From: Deltaproteobacteria bacterium | Lineage (GTDB): Bacteria > Desulfobacterota_D > UBA1144 > Nemesobacterales > JAJCZQ01 | NCBI GenBank assembly: GCA_029262335.1 | Contig: JAJCZQ010000039.1 | Span: forward strand, 2,138-66,137 | Length of the DNA stretch: 64,000 bases | Direction: 5' to 3' | Shown: piece after piece, positions 10,074 to 19,142 of the stretch | Position numbering within the stretch: the stretch's first letter is position 1 | Layout: the number at the start of each line of letters is the position of its first letter | Program-made: the position numbers and the translations under genes | Notes under the pieces: model-generated | Database searches by the model: none | What the model was told of the DNA's origin: nothing | Seen by the model: only the letters and a program-made list of their open reading frames with translations

Positions 10074-10418
10074 TTACATTGTTAACATATCTTTCATTTT
10101 CTCATACTTCTTATCGCCAATGCCGGGTATTGATTTAAGCTGGTCAAGTGTTTTAAACTGGCCATTGCTGTTCCTGTAATCAATAATTTTCTTAGCGGTC
10201 CCTTCACCAATACCGGGAAGCTGCATCAGCTGTTCCATATCGGCGGTATTGATATTTACCTTTTCCATCATCATCTCTTTCTTATCCATCATCTCTGCGT
10301 CCATCATCTCTTCTTTTCCCTGAGAAGAAACAATTGTCGCACCCAGAAACAATGTAAGGCAGATAACAAACAAAGAACTTAAAATAAATCTATACATAAT
10401 TACTACCTCCTTAGACAT
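10074..10418 (-). CDS. comEA: ComEA-like helix-hairpin-helix DNA-binding protein with N-terminal membrane anchor
   Basis: 114 aa with [29 protein letters not shown] ... [17 protein letters not shown] (tandem HhH). Confidence 0.75.
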   Translation of the reverse strand: MSKEVVIMYRFILSSLFVICLTLFLGATIVSSQGKEEMMDAEMMDKKEMMMEKVNINTADMEQLMQLPGIGEGTAKKIIDYRNSNGQFKTLDQLKSIPGIGDKKYEKMKDMLTM

Positions 10419-10486
10419 ATAATGAAATATTTAATAAAGAAGGATATTCTCATAGGCGGGAATTGTCAATATAAATAATACATTAA

Positions 10487-11965
10487 CTATTTATATTGCA
10501 GCTGTTTTGGCTGGTATATAAAAAAATGGTGTGTAAAAATAAAGAAAAGATTAAAAGCAAAACCAATAAGACCGGCATGAATGCCGTATGGCCTGTCTGA
10601 AAAGTTAAATCCAAGTTCATTGTTAAACATAATAAAAATTGTTACAACTGTGCCTGCAATAATCCCGTATAACATTGACCTTGACCCGAGGGATTTAAAA
10701 TGAATCCCGAGAAATACTGCAGGGGCAACCTGACAGAGTATTTCAAGTTTGATAACCATTAATTTCCAGATTGTCTGCGGGAGAATTATTGCAAGGTAGC
10801 ACATAACTGCAATTATTATCCATGAAATGAGTTTGCCCATAAAAGTAAGGTGAGCATTTGAGCTTCCGGGCCTTAGCAGCCTGTAAATATCCTGCGTGAA
10901 CAGAGAGGATATAGCCAGGAGGGCAGAATCTATGGTCGACATTATCGCAGCCATAACAGCGGCCATAAAAAGGACCAGTAAAATACCTACAATTGGTATT
11001 TTACTGCTTAAGTCTTCAAGAATTAAAAGTACTACTTTTTCACTTCCAAGCCTGTCCAGGTCCGGAAACATGGAAATCCCTATGACTCCAGCCATAACAA
11101 TTACAAAAGTCGTAACAAGGGGCATAAATGCCATTATTTTGAATGAGTTTTTTAATGTTTTTTCACTTTTTGCAGCATAAATCCTTTGAATGGCCTGGGG
11201 ATAGATAGGGATTCCAAGAAAAACAATAAGCAATACGCTTAACCATTTAATCTTTTGTTCACCGTCCGGAGGGGCCCAGAATTCGGGTTTGCTGCTGATT
11301 AAATACTCAGATGTTGAGGAAACCCCGCCGTATTGGTATTCAATTGCTATAAAAAGAAGGATTACTCCAGCAAGAAGTATTAGTCCCTGGACTACATCGG
11401 TCCATGCTACGCTCCTCAGGCCGCCGAGCGTTTCATAAATCACCATAATTACAGACAGCCCAATTATGCCGGTTGCAAAACTGATCCTTGAATCGGTAAC
11501 TATCTCTGTTACGTACCCGATTGCTTTCAGGTTGGTCAGTATATAGTTGCTGAGTGCTATCATACAGAGGATCACGGCAAATGTAGTAAAAATTCTGCAG
11601 TTAAACCTGTGCTGAATATAGTCACCAATTGTGATAAAATTAAATTCACGGGATAGCCTGTATAGCTTTGGAGCAAAGATCAGATATGCCCCGATTACGG
11701 ATATCATAAAAGTAACGGAGACAAGAGCTGTAAACCCCTGCCTGTAGGCCTGACCGGCAAAACCTATAAGAGTATTTCCGCTGTACTGTGTGGCATAAAG
11801 TGTAAGAAACAGGACAAATACGCCCATATTTCTCCCCGCAAGATAAAAATCGTTTAGTGACTGTTCTTTGCTGGCCTTTTTCCCGAGATAACCGATTAAA
11901 AGGAGGGAAAGCAGGTAAACACTGATAAAAATTAAACCTTTGTCGGAAATTAATGACTGATTCAT
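10487..11965 (-). CDS. Sodium:solute symporter (SSF) family transporter
   Basis: 492 aa and about 13 TM segments, with SSF-like blocks (GRNMGVF, TQYSGNT, GGLRSVAWTDVVQG). Confidence 0.8.
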   Translation of the reverse strand: MNQSLISDKGLIFISVYLLSLLLIGYLGKKASKEQSLNDFYLAGRNMGVFVLFLTLYATQYSGNTLIGFAGQAYRQGFTALVSVTFMISVIGAYLIFAPKLYRLSREFNFITIGDYIQHRFNCRIFTTFAVILCMIALSNYILTNLKAIGYVTEIVTDSRISFATGIIGLSVIMVIYETLGGLRSVAWTDVVQGLILLAGVILLFIAIEYQYGGVSSTSEYLISSKPEFWAPPDGEQKIKWLSVLLIVFLGIPIYPQAIQRIYAAKSEKTLKNSFKIMAFMPLVTTFVIVMAGVIGISMFPDLDRLGSEKVVLLILEDLSSKIPIVGILLVLFMAAVMAAIMSTIDSALLAISSLFTQDIYRLLRPGSSNAHLTFMGKLISWIIIAVMCYLAIILPQTIWKLMVIKLEILCQVAPAVFLGIHFKSLGSRSMLYGIIAGTVVTIFIMFNNELGFNFSDRPYGIHAGLIGFAFNLFFIFTHHFFIYQPKQLQYK

Positions 11966-11972
11966 TTTTTCC

Positions 11973-12113
11973 CTACCAGTATTTCCTTATGTATATAAAG
12001 ATTGATACAGAATATAGAAAGGAGACAACTATTGAATAGAAAGCCCAGTCCGGAAAACCGATATAAGTTTTTGTGCCAGGACTGAAGAAAAACCAGGGGA
12101 CCGATAAAAGCAT
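11973..12113 (-). CDS. Small two-TM membrane protein (DUF3311-like SSF partner), below the ORF-track size cutoff
   Basis: My translation gives MLLSVPWFFFSPGTKTYIGFPDWAFYSIVVSFLYSVSIFIYIRKYW. Its stop lies 7 nt upstream of the symporter start. The frame is open further upstream (KGKYFYIIIFIL) without an ATG. Confidence 0.4.
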   Translation of the reverse strand: MLLSVPWFFFSPGTKTYIGFPDWAFYSIVVSFLYSVSIFIYIRKYW

Positions 12114-12297
12114 TAAAATGAAAATAATAATATAAAAATATTTGCCTTTAATGCCGGTTCCTCCATAAATTATTTTATTAAAATTATTGAACAGTTTTTT
12201 GAAGAATTAAACCTAAATATAATAAAGGGATTCAAATTGTCTAAATTTTTTGTTATTGTATTGCAGACAAAATATTAAGAATGGAGAGATAATAAAG

Positions 12298-13647
12298 ATG
12301 GCAGAAAATAGTAAAGCTAAAAATAGTATGGAAGAACTTTTAAGTGACAGAATGCAGAGGGCACTCGAGTATCCGCTCTTTGATTCAATTTTTAACAGGC
12401 GCTCGAGACGTTTTGGTCTGGGCATGGAACTTAAGGACAGCACACTCGAATTTAAATCAAAGTATGACCCAATACCACTTAGCGAAGTTGAAGAAGCACT
12501 GCTTGTATGGTCAGGTACAGGGCTTACAGGGCTTTGCCTTGCCGACCTTCCTCCTGAAAATGGTATTGACCTTCTTTGCCAGTGGACAGGCCGCACGTGG
12601 CCGTCAGCATGCAACAATCACGGTACTGAACTTTTCTTTACAAACGATGAAGGCCTTTATCATATAGACGTAAAGAATATGCTTCCAAAGAATGAAGAGC
12701 TTGATATGTTCTTTAATCTGCCAAGGGAAAAGAAGATGGAAAGGGTGCTTGAACTTTACCGCGACAGTTTAAATAAACTTGAAGACGGAAGAGCTGACAT
12801 GCCCGACAAGATGCCGGGGCTATTTGAGTTTAACCAGTGGAATACAAACAAACCCGGAACATCATTATTTGTACCTGTAACAGATGTTACCGAAGAATAT
12901 TTAAATCTATTAACACTATACTGCGCAAACAGCTACGGGTTTACCATAATTGATGACCTTACCGGGAAACCAACGGGTACTGAGGAATGGATAAAGAAAG
13001 GAAGATTAAAAGACGCTGTTAAGATGTCTCTTTTTGATCTCGAGGTCAGAATCCTGACCGGATTAAATGTAGAGCAGGCTTTTATTACTCAGAACATGGC
13101 CCTTGCGCTCCAGCCTCTTGGACTTGCCGGCTGGGCATTTACAGGGTTTATCCCAAGGTTTGCAATGGGTGCGGCACCTGACCTGTTTAAAGGGCTTGGC
13201 TTTAGGTTTATTCAGCCTAAGAAAGGGGTTATAGAGCCTCCTACGACAGTCCCTGTAGGAAGAGACGGCGTGTTCCAGGGATACTGCCCGCCTTACTATA
13301 AAAACATGGATGAAGCGATTGACGCTTTTTTTGAGCATAAATGGGCAGCATGGGGTAAAGACAAGCCATTCCCTTATACCACACCGGATAAGCATCTGAT
13401 GATGGCTCCAAAGCCTACTGAGACAACAATCCAGATTGTTAAAGACGTTGCCAACTATATATATGACACTTACGGCAGGTTCCCTGCATTTGTTGACCCA
13501 ATGTATATGAGGCTTGTATTCCAGTCCATGCATATCGACCCTGATTTTTATGATGAGTACTATCCGAAGGGGTCATATTCAGACAGGCATATTGAAACTT
13601 TTCTTGCTCATCATCCGGAAGAAGCAGAAAGGTTTAAGAAAAAATAA
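12298..13647 (+). CDS. Uncharacterized 450-aa protein with nitroreductase-superfamily-like motifs
   Basis: N-terminal FNRRSRRFGLG (RRSxRxF type) and later ITQNMALALQPLGLAGWAF. The ATG at 12298 follows GGAGAG, and the track start at 12250 is probably too early. Confidence 0.45.
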   Translation: MAENSKAKNSMEELLSDRMQRALEYPLFDSIFNRRSRRFGLGMELKDSTLEFKSKYDPIPLSEVEEALLVWSGTGLTGLCLADLPPENGIDLLCQWTGRTWPSACNNHGTELFFTNDEGLYHIDVKNMLPKNEELDMFFNLPREKKMERVLELYRDSLNKLEDGRADMPDKMPGLFEFNQWNTNKPGTSLFVPVTDVTEEYLNLLTLYCANSYGFTIIDDLTGKPTGTEEWIKKGRLKDAVKMSLFDLEVRILTGLNVEQAFITQNMALALQPLGLAGWAFTGFIPRFAMGAAPDLFKGLGFRFIQPKKGVIEPPTTVPVGRDGVFQGYCPPYYKNMDEAIDAFFEHKWAAWGKDKPFPYTTPDKHLMMAPKPTETTIQIVKDVANYIYDTYGRFPAFVDPMYMRLVFQSMHIDPDFYDEYYPKGSYSDRHIETFLAHHPEEAERFKKK

Positions 13648-13681
13648 AAAATATCTAATCTGAATTTTCAAACATATACAC

Positions 13682-13710
13682 AAAACCCGGTAATTCGCCG
13701 GGTTTTGTTT
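13682..13710 (+). terminator. Intrinsic terminator
   Basis: aaaacccgg-taattcg-ccgggtttt followed by gtttt. Confidence 0.65.
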
Positions 13711-14000
13711 TCCTGAATAAATTAATTTTCCGTTTTTAAATTAGTTCTTGAAGTTCTTTTTATGCTTGTATATATTTAATTAATATATAAATTCCAAATA
13801 TGGCAAATAGTTATTTTCCCGGGCGAGGTCCTTGAGTCCTCCCTTAACTCTAAATAATTCCCCGTCCGGGAAACTTTATTTCAAACAATATCCATCCGGC
13901 TTACGTATATATTTTAAAATATGAAAAAATAGAATTGTATTATTTTCATCATTTTGAAACGTTATTTACAATTCAACATCATATTATTAAGGTTATATTC

Positions 14001-15275
14001 ATGCACATAGCAATTATTGGAAATGGGGCAACAGGGGTAGCAGCAGCAAAAAGGATTCGTCAGCTTCAGCCGGACTGGAAAATAACATTAATATCCGGTG
14101 AGTCCGACTACCATTATTCACGTCCGGCACTGATGTATATCTTTATGGGCCATATGAGCTTCAAAGATACAAAACCCTACCAGGACCATTTCTGGAAAAT
14201 TAATAATATTGACCTGCTCCGTGCATGGGTCACTGAAATAGACCATAATAATAAAAAACTCACACTTCACCAAAAAGGCCAGCTCACATACGACAAACTG
14301 CTTATTGCAACCGGATCAAAGTCCAATAAATTCGGATGGCCGGGCCAGGACCTTAAAGGAGTACAGGGGCTTTGGGACCTGATGGACCTGAGGTCTCTCT
14401 ATGAAAATGTAAAGAATGCAAAACGTGCCGTAATTGTTGGCGGCGGACTTATAGGGATTGAGCTTGCAGAGATGATTCATTCGAGAAACATGGAAGTAAC
14501 TTTCCTCGTAAGAGAAAATTCCTACTGGAACAATGTACTTCCAAAAGAAGAGTCCATGATGATAAACAGGATTATCCGTCATGAAGGCCTTGACCTTAAA
14601 CTTGAAACTGAGTTAAAGGAAATTGAAGGTGAACAAAACGGCAGGGTCAGTGGTGTTGTAACAAATAAAGGTGAAAGAATTGATTGCGAGATTGTGGGCC
14701 TTACGGCAGGGGTTAGTCCAAACACAGACCTTGTAAAGGAAACAGGTATAGATACAGGACGGGGAATACTTGTGGACTGGAGTTTCAGGACAAATGCCCC
14801 AGATGTGTTTGCAGCGGGCGACTGTGCTGAACTTGTAACAGAAGGTGACCTGAGAAATGTAATCCAGCAGGTGTGGTATACCGGCAAAATGCAGGGAAAA
14901 GTTGCGGGTGAAGTAATTGCAGGGCAGGACAGCACCTATGATCCCGGTATCTGGTATAACTCGGCAAAGTTCTTTGACCTTGAATACCAGACATACGGCA
15001 ATGTAAGCAATGTGCCGGTGCAGGGTGAGCACAACCTATACTGGGAACACCAAAATCATCAGCATTCAATGAGAATAATAACCCGAAACAGTATCGTAAT
15101 CGGAATTAATGTTATGGGCCTGAGATACAGGCATAAGGTCTGCGAAAGATGGATAAGGGAAGAAAAGACTCTTGATTATGTGCTCGATAATCTAAAAGAG
15201 GCAAATTTTGACCCTGAATTTTACGATAAATTTGAACAGGAAATAAGGCATACCTTTAAGGAGATGGCCGCGTGA
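14001..15275 (+). CDS. FAD-dependent pyridine nucleotide-disulfide oxidoreductase family protein
   Basis: MHIAIIGNGATGVAAA (FAD fold), VIVGGGLIGIELAE (NAD(P) fold) and FAAGDCAE. The ATG at 14001 follows AAGG, and the track start at 13935 is probably spurious. Confidence 0.75.
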   Translation: MHIAIIGNGATGVAAAKRIRQLQPDWKITLISGESDYHYSRPALMYIFMGHMSFKDTKPYQDHFWKINNIDLLRAWVTEIDHNNKKLTLHQKGQLTYDKLLIATGSKSNKFGWPGQDLKGVQGLWDLMDLRSLYENVKNAKRAVIVGGGLIGIELAEMIHSRNMEVTFLVRENSYWNNVLPKEESMMINRIIRHEGLDLKLETELKEIEGEQNGRVSGVVTNKGERIDCEIVGLTAGVSPNTDLVKETGIDTGRGILVDWSFRTNAPDVFAAGDCAELVTEGDLRNVIQQVWYTGKMQGKVAGEVIAGQDSTYDPGIWYNSAKFFDLEYQTYGNVSNVPVQGEHNLYWEHQNHQHSMRIITRNSIVIGINVMGLRYRHKVCERWIREEKTLDYVLDNLKEANFDPEFYDKFEQEIRHTFKEMAA

Positions 15276-16669
15276 TTGATGCAAAAACGCTGGAATACGA
15301 TTTTAAAGAAGAAGAGCTTGGATTTGAAGAGCCGTTTAAACAGGAAGACGTCCCCCTGACAACCGGAGAGAAGATATCTCTCGGGCTTGTTGCCCTCGGA
15401 ATTCTTGCTTTTGTTGTCCAGCTGCTGGGTTCTCCGCTCCAGGGTACATGGGCAGGTTTTTTGCTGGCCTTTATTCTTCCTTCTATAGGAGCTTCGCTCT
15501 ATTTTTGGCTGAGCTATAAAGACACTGTTCCCGGGATTAAGCACAACAATAACTATTACAGAAGCCTTCTTGCAAGGGGAAGCCTCGGCTGGATAGCCGG
15601 GATAGTTATGACCGGATTTTATATCCTTCTTTACTGGTGGCCAAAGTATCTTGAGGGCGGGATTAGGATGACCGACCCATTATCCGGCTTACTTACCGGC
15701 GGGCCTGCAAACCAGTGGTTCCTTTACGGACTGCTTTACACTATTGCAGTCACAGTGTTTGGAATCAGGATGTTTATGAAATACAGACACAACCGTTATC
15801 AGAAAATAAGGACTGCTTCGGTGATGTTCTTTCAGCTTGGCCTTGCGTTTATTATTCCTAATGTTTTAAAAGCATTTAACCAGCCGGAATACTATTTTAG
15901 CTATTTCTGGCCCCTCAAATATGATTACCTCTTTCCAAGTTCATTCAGCTATTTTATGCAGAGCGGCTCGGGAGTGGGCATGTTCTTTATATTCTGGGGA
16001 TTAATGATGACTTTTCTTGCTACCCCCGTACTGACTTACTTTTACGGCAAAAGGTGGTACTGCTCATGGGTGTGCGGCTGCGGTGGTCTTGCAGAGACAA
16101 TGGGAGACCCCTGGAGGCAGCTCTCCGACAAATCCACGAAGGCGTGGCGCATAGAGAGGGTACTCATTCATGCCGTACTTGTCTTTATAGTTATAACAAC
16201 AGTACTTTTGTGGATTAATTCAAGCACAAGCGGATCTGTTTTCGGCAGCTATTCTTTTACACTTAAAAAATGGTACGGGTTTTATATCGGGGCCATATTC
16301 TCCGGTGTAATCGGAGTTGGTTTTTACCCGCTTATGGGAAGCAGGGTCTGGTGCAGGTTCGGATGCCCGATGGCAGCGATACTGGGTATTTTCCAAAAGT
16401 TTTTCTCACGTTTCAGGATTACAACAAACGGCGGCCAGTGCATGTCCTGCGGCAACTGTTCAACTTATTGTGAGATGGGAATTGATGTAAGGGCCTATGC
16501 GCAGAAAGGTGAAAATATTATAAGGTCTTCATGTGTGGGATGCGGCGTTTGTGCTGCTGTTTGCCCGCGGGGGGTCCTTAAACTCGAAAACGGCGGGACG
16601 TACAAGGACCGTTATGAACATTCTGATAAACCGGTAACTGCATTCCTGGATTCAATCAGGCATATATAA
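15272..16669 (+). CDS. Polytopic membrane polyferredoxin, CcoG/NapH-like (4Fe-4S binding)
   Basis: 465 aa with multiple TM segments. Cysteine motifs are YCSWVCGCGGLAE, WCRFGCPMAA and CMSCGNCSTYCEMGIDVR...CVGCGVCAAVCPRG. The GTG start overlaps the upstream stop (GTGA). Confidence 0.6.
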   Translation: MIDAKTLEYDFKEEELGFEEPFKQEDVPLTTGEKISLGLVALGILAFVVQLLGSPLQGTWAGFLLAFILPSIGASLYFWLSYKDTVPGIKHNNNYYRSLLARGSLGWIAGIVMTGFYILLYWWPKYLEGGIRMTDPLSGLLTGGPANQWFLYGLLYTIAVTVFGIRMFMKYRHNRYQKIRTASVMFFQLGLAFIIPNVLKAFNQPEYYFSYFWPLKYDYLFPSSFSYFMQSGSGVGMFFIFWGLMMTFLATPVLTYFYGKRWYCSWVCGCGGLAETMGDPWRQLSDKSTKAWRIERVLIHAVLVFIVITTVLLWINSSTSGSVFGSYSFTLKKWYGFYIGAIFSGVIGVGFYPLMGSRVWCRFGCPMAAILGIFQKFFSRFRITTNGGQCMSCGNCSTYCEMGIDVRAYAQKGENIIRSSCVGCGVCAAVCPRGVLKLENGGTYKDRYEHSDKPVTAFLDSIRHI

Positions 16670-16717
16670 ATCCAAATGCTTGAACACCAATATAAAACTG
16701 TATAGACTCTGACTCAA

Positions 16718-19129
16718 ATGAGTGATGCAGTTGAAATAGCTATTCCCCTTCCCGGAAATCAGACTTACTACTATTCCTTTCCCCGTTCATATAAAAATTC
16801 GGTATTGCCAGGCTCAAGAGTACAGGTGCCTTTTCGAAACCGGGTGGTAATTGGTTATATAATCGGATTCGGCAAACCCCCTGAAGACATTAAGTTAAAA
16901 GAGATTATTGATGTTGTTGACGATGCTCCCCTGTTTGACGAAGGGCGGCTGGATTTTTATAAATGGCTTGCAGACTATTACAACTCGTCTATCGGAATGA
17001 TACTAAAGATTGCCCACCCGGGCGGCCTTGGAACAACACTCAGGCGATATATTGTACTTACAGAGAAAGGTGTAAAAAAGCAAAATGCCGATGCAGTCGA
17101 TAAGGAATCATCTCTTATCAGTACAATAGCCCAGTCAGAAAGAATTACAGTTGAAAAGCTCTTTCAGCTTGTTGAAGATACCGGTTTTAATGATTTAAAC
17201 AGGCTCCTTAAAAAAGGTTTAATTGAATACAGGTATGAATTAAAAGAGTTTAGCCCGAAATACCGAAATATTGTGAATTCCGTTAAGACTGATGATGAAA
17301 AACTCAATGCATTAAAAAAGAAAATGCCCGCCAAGGGGTTAATTGCCGAATATGTATCGAATCACAAGAACATATCTGAAGAGGACCTCAGGGAAATATT
17401 CCCAAATGTAAAAAATCACCTTGCCTGGTTAAATGATAACGGCTTTATAGAACTAGTCAGGGAAGAGGTGTTCAGAGACCCTTTCAAAAATGTAATTCCG
17501 GGCAAGCCGGATATCCCGGAACTTACAATAGAGCAGGCAAATGCACTTAAGAAAATTGATGAATCAATAAACCAGGAAGAGTATTCAACTGTTTTGCTCC
17601 ACGGTGTAACCGGAAGCGGTAAAACAGAGGTATACCTAAGGGCAATCTCCAATGTAATAAAGAAGGGGAAAGAAGCAATTGTACTTGTGCCTGAGATATC
17701 ACTCACTCCGCTTCTTGTTAAAAGATTCAGAAACAGGTTTGGGGATAAAGTTGCAGTAATACACAGCATGCTGAGTGAAGGGGAGAGGTTTGATGCTTGG
17801 AGAAGGGCGAGGGACGGCAGGGTCAGTATTGTTATCGGCGCAAGGTCAGCAGTTTTTGCCCCTTTCAGGAACATTGGAATAATTATTCTTGATGAAGAGC
17901 ATGAAACTACCTATAAACAGGATGACAGCCCGTTTTACAATGCCCGTGACGCTGCAATAATGCTTGGCAGGATGTCAGATGCAGTTGTCATACTGGGTTC
18001 CGCTACTCCTTCCGTGGAATCATATTCAAACAGCCTGAAACATAAGTACACATACCTCAGTCTGCCGCTTCGTGTCACAAACCAGTCACTACCGGACGTA
18101 CATATTGTAGATATGAAAAAGAGCAAAGGTTCGATTTTCTCAAAACAGCTTGAAAGAGAGATAAAAAGTAATTTTGAGAATAAAAACCAGTCTATTATTT
18201 TTTTAAACAGAAGGGGTTTTTCATCCATGTTGATTTTTGAAGACAGCGGTGAGATTTTTACATGCCCTAACTGCAGTATCCCGTTTACTTACCACAAAGA
18301 TGACAACACGATAAAATGCCATTACTGCGGCTCTGCTGAAGATTTTGATGTTATTAAGAAAAACAGTGAATCAAGACTAAAAGGTATCGGTATAGGAACC
18401 CAGCTTGTGGAACATGAGCTAAAGAAGCTTTTACCGAGGGCAAGGATCCAGAGAATGGACAGGGACACGACCGGTACAAAATCAAAACTCATGAATCTTT
18501 ATTCTGACCTTGAAGGAAATAAAGTCGATATATTGATCGGCACGCAGATGGTGACCAAGGGACATGACTTGCCCGGAGTCACGCTTGTCGGGGTAGTTTC
18601 CGCAGACAATCTTCTAGGTATACCGGATTTTCGGTCAGGAGAGAGGACATTCCAGATGATAACTCAGGTAGCCGGCCGGGCCGGGCGGGGTGAACTTCCG
18701 GGCCGGGTCATAGTGCAGACCTATAACCCCTCACATCCAAGCATTAACTATGCAGTGAAACAGGACAGTATTTCATTCCTTAAGAATGAGATAAAGATGA
18801 GGGAGTATATCGGTTATCCTCCGTTTACAAGAATAGTAAACTTCCGGTTTAGCGGTACAGATGAAAGTGAAATTAAAAGTTTTATTAAAAAGTGTGAAAA
18901 ACTTACCAAGAAAGCTGTTTCCAATCTAAGTCCTAACTCCATAGAGCTTCTCGGGCCCTCGGAATGCCCTATATATAAAATAAAAAACCGTTTCAGATTT
19001 CAGATGCTGATGAAGTCCGGAAATATTAAGCTTCTGCATGGCCTTTCCAAAGGACTTTATGGTGAATTTGCAAAGCAAAAAAGTAATATTAGAATTCAAC
19101 TGGATATAGACCCCTACAACTTTAGTTAA
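16718..19129 (+). CDS. priA: Primosomal replication-restart helicase PriA
   Basis: 803 aa with GVTGSGKTEVY (Walker A), ILDEEHE (DEAH-type box) and a Cys-rich Zn region CPNCSIPFTYH...CHYCG. Confidence 0.9.
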   Translation: MSDAVEIAIPLPGNQTYYYSFPRSYKNSVLPGSRVQVPFRNRVVIGYIIGFGKPPEDIKLKEIIDVVDDAPLFDEGRLDFYKWLADYYNSSIGMILKIAHPGGLGTTLRRYIVLTEKGVKKQNADAVDKESSLISTIAQSERITVEKLFQLVEDTGFNDLNRLLKKGLIEYRYELKEFSPKYRNIVNSVKTDDEKLNALKKKMPAKGLIAEYVSNHKNISEEDLREIFPNVKNHLAWLNDNGFIELVREEVFRDPFKNVIPGKPDIPELTIEQANALKKIDESINQEEYSTVLLHGVTGSGKTEVYLRAISNVIKKGKEAIVLVPEISLTPLLVKRFRNRFGDKVAVIHSMLSEGERFDAWRRARDGRVSIVIGARSAVFAPFRNIGIIILDEEHETTYKQDDSPFYNARDAAIMLGRMSDAVVILGSATPSVESYSNSLKHKYTYLSLPLRVTNQSLPDVHIVDMKKSKGSIFSKQLEREIKSNFENKNQSIIFLNRRGFSSMLIFEDSGEIFTCPNCSIPFTYHKDDNTIKCHYCGSAEDFDVIKKNSESRLKGIGIGTQLVEHELKKLLPRARIQRMDRDTTGTKSKLMNLYSDLEGNKVDILIGTQMVTKGHDLPGVTLVGVVSADNLLGIPDFRSGERTFQMITQVAGRAGRGELPGRVIVQTYNPSHPSINYAVKQDSISFLKNEIKMREYIGYPPFTRIVNFRFSGTDESEIKSFIKKCEKLTKKAVSNLSPNSIELLGPSECPIYKIKNRFRFQMLMKSGNIKLLHGLSKGLYGEFAKQKSNIRIQLDIDPYNFS

Positions 19130-19142
19130 AAAAGGCGATAAA

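Noticed and set aside
12250-14000. The longer N-terminal extensions used by the ORF track (12250 and 13935 starts)
   Set aside because: The extensions lack SD sequences and look non-protein-like (MLLYCRQNIKNGEIIK, MYYFHHFETLFTIQHHIIKVIF). Internal ATGs at 12298 and 14001 have SD-like sequences, and the ATG at 14001 gives the canonical Rossmann N-terminus.
14579-15069. Antisense or overlapping ORFs listed in the track inside confident genes. Examples are 14579..15069, 17416..17874, 27325..27714, 30490..30912, 45895..46392, 49003..49844 and 51248..52155.
   Set aside because: All overlap longer ORFs that have clear family motifs on the other strand or frame. Their sequences are Ser/Leu/Pro-rich shadows.
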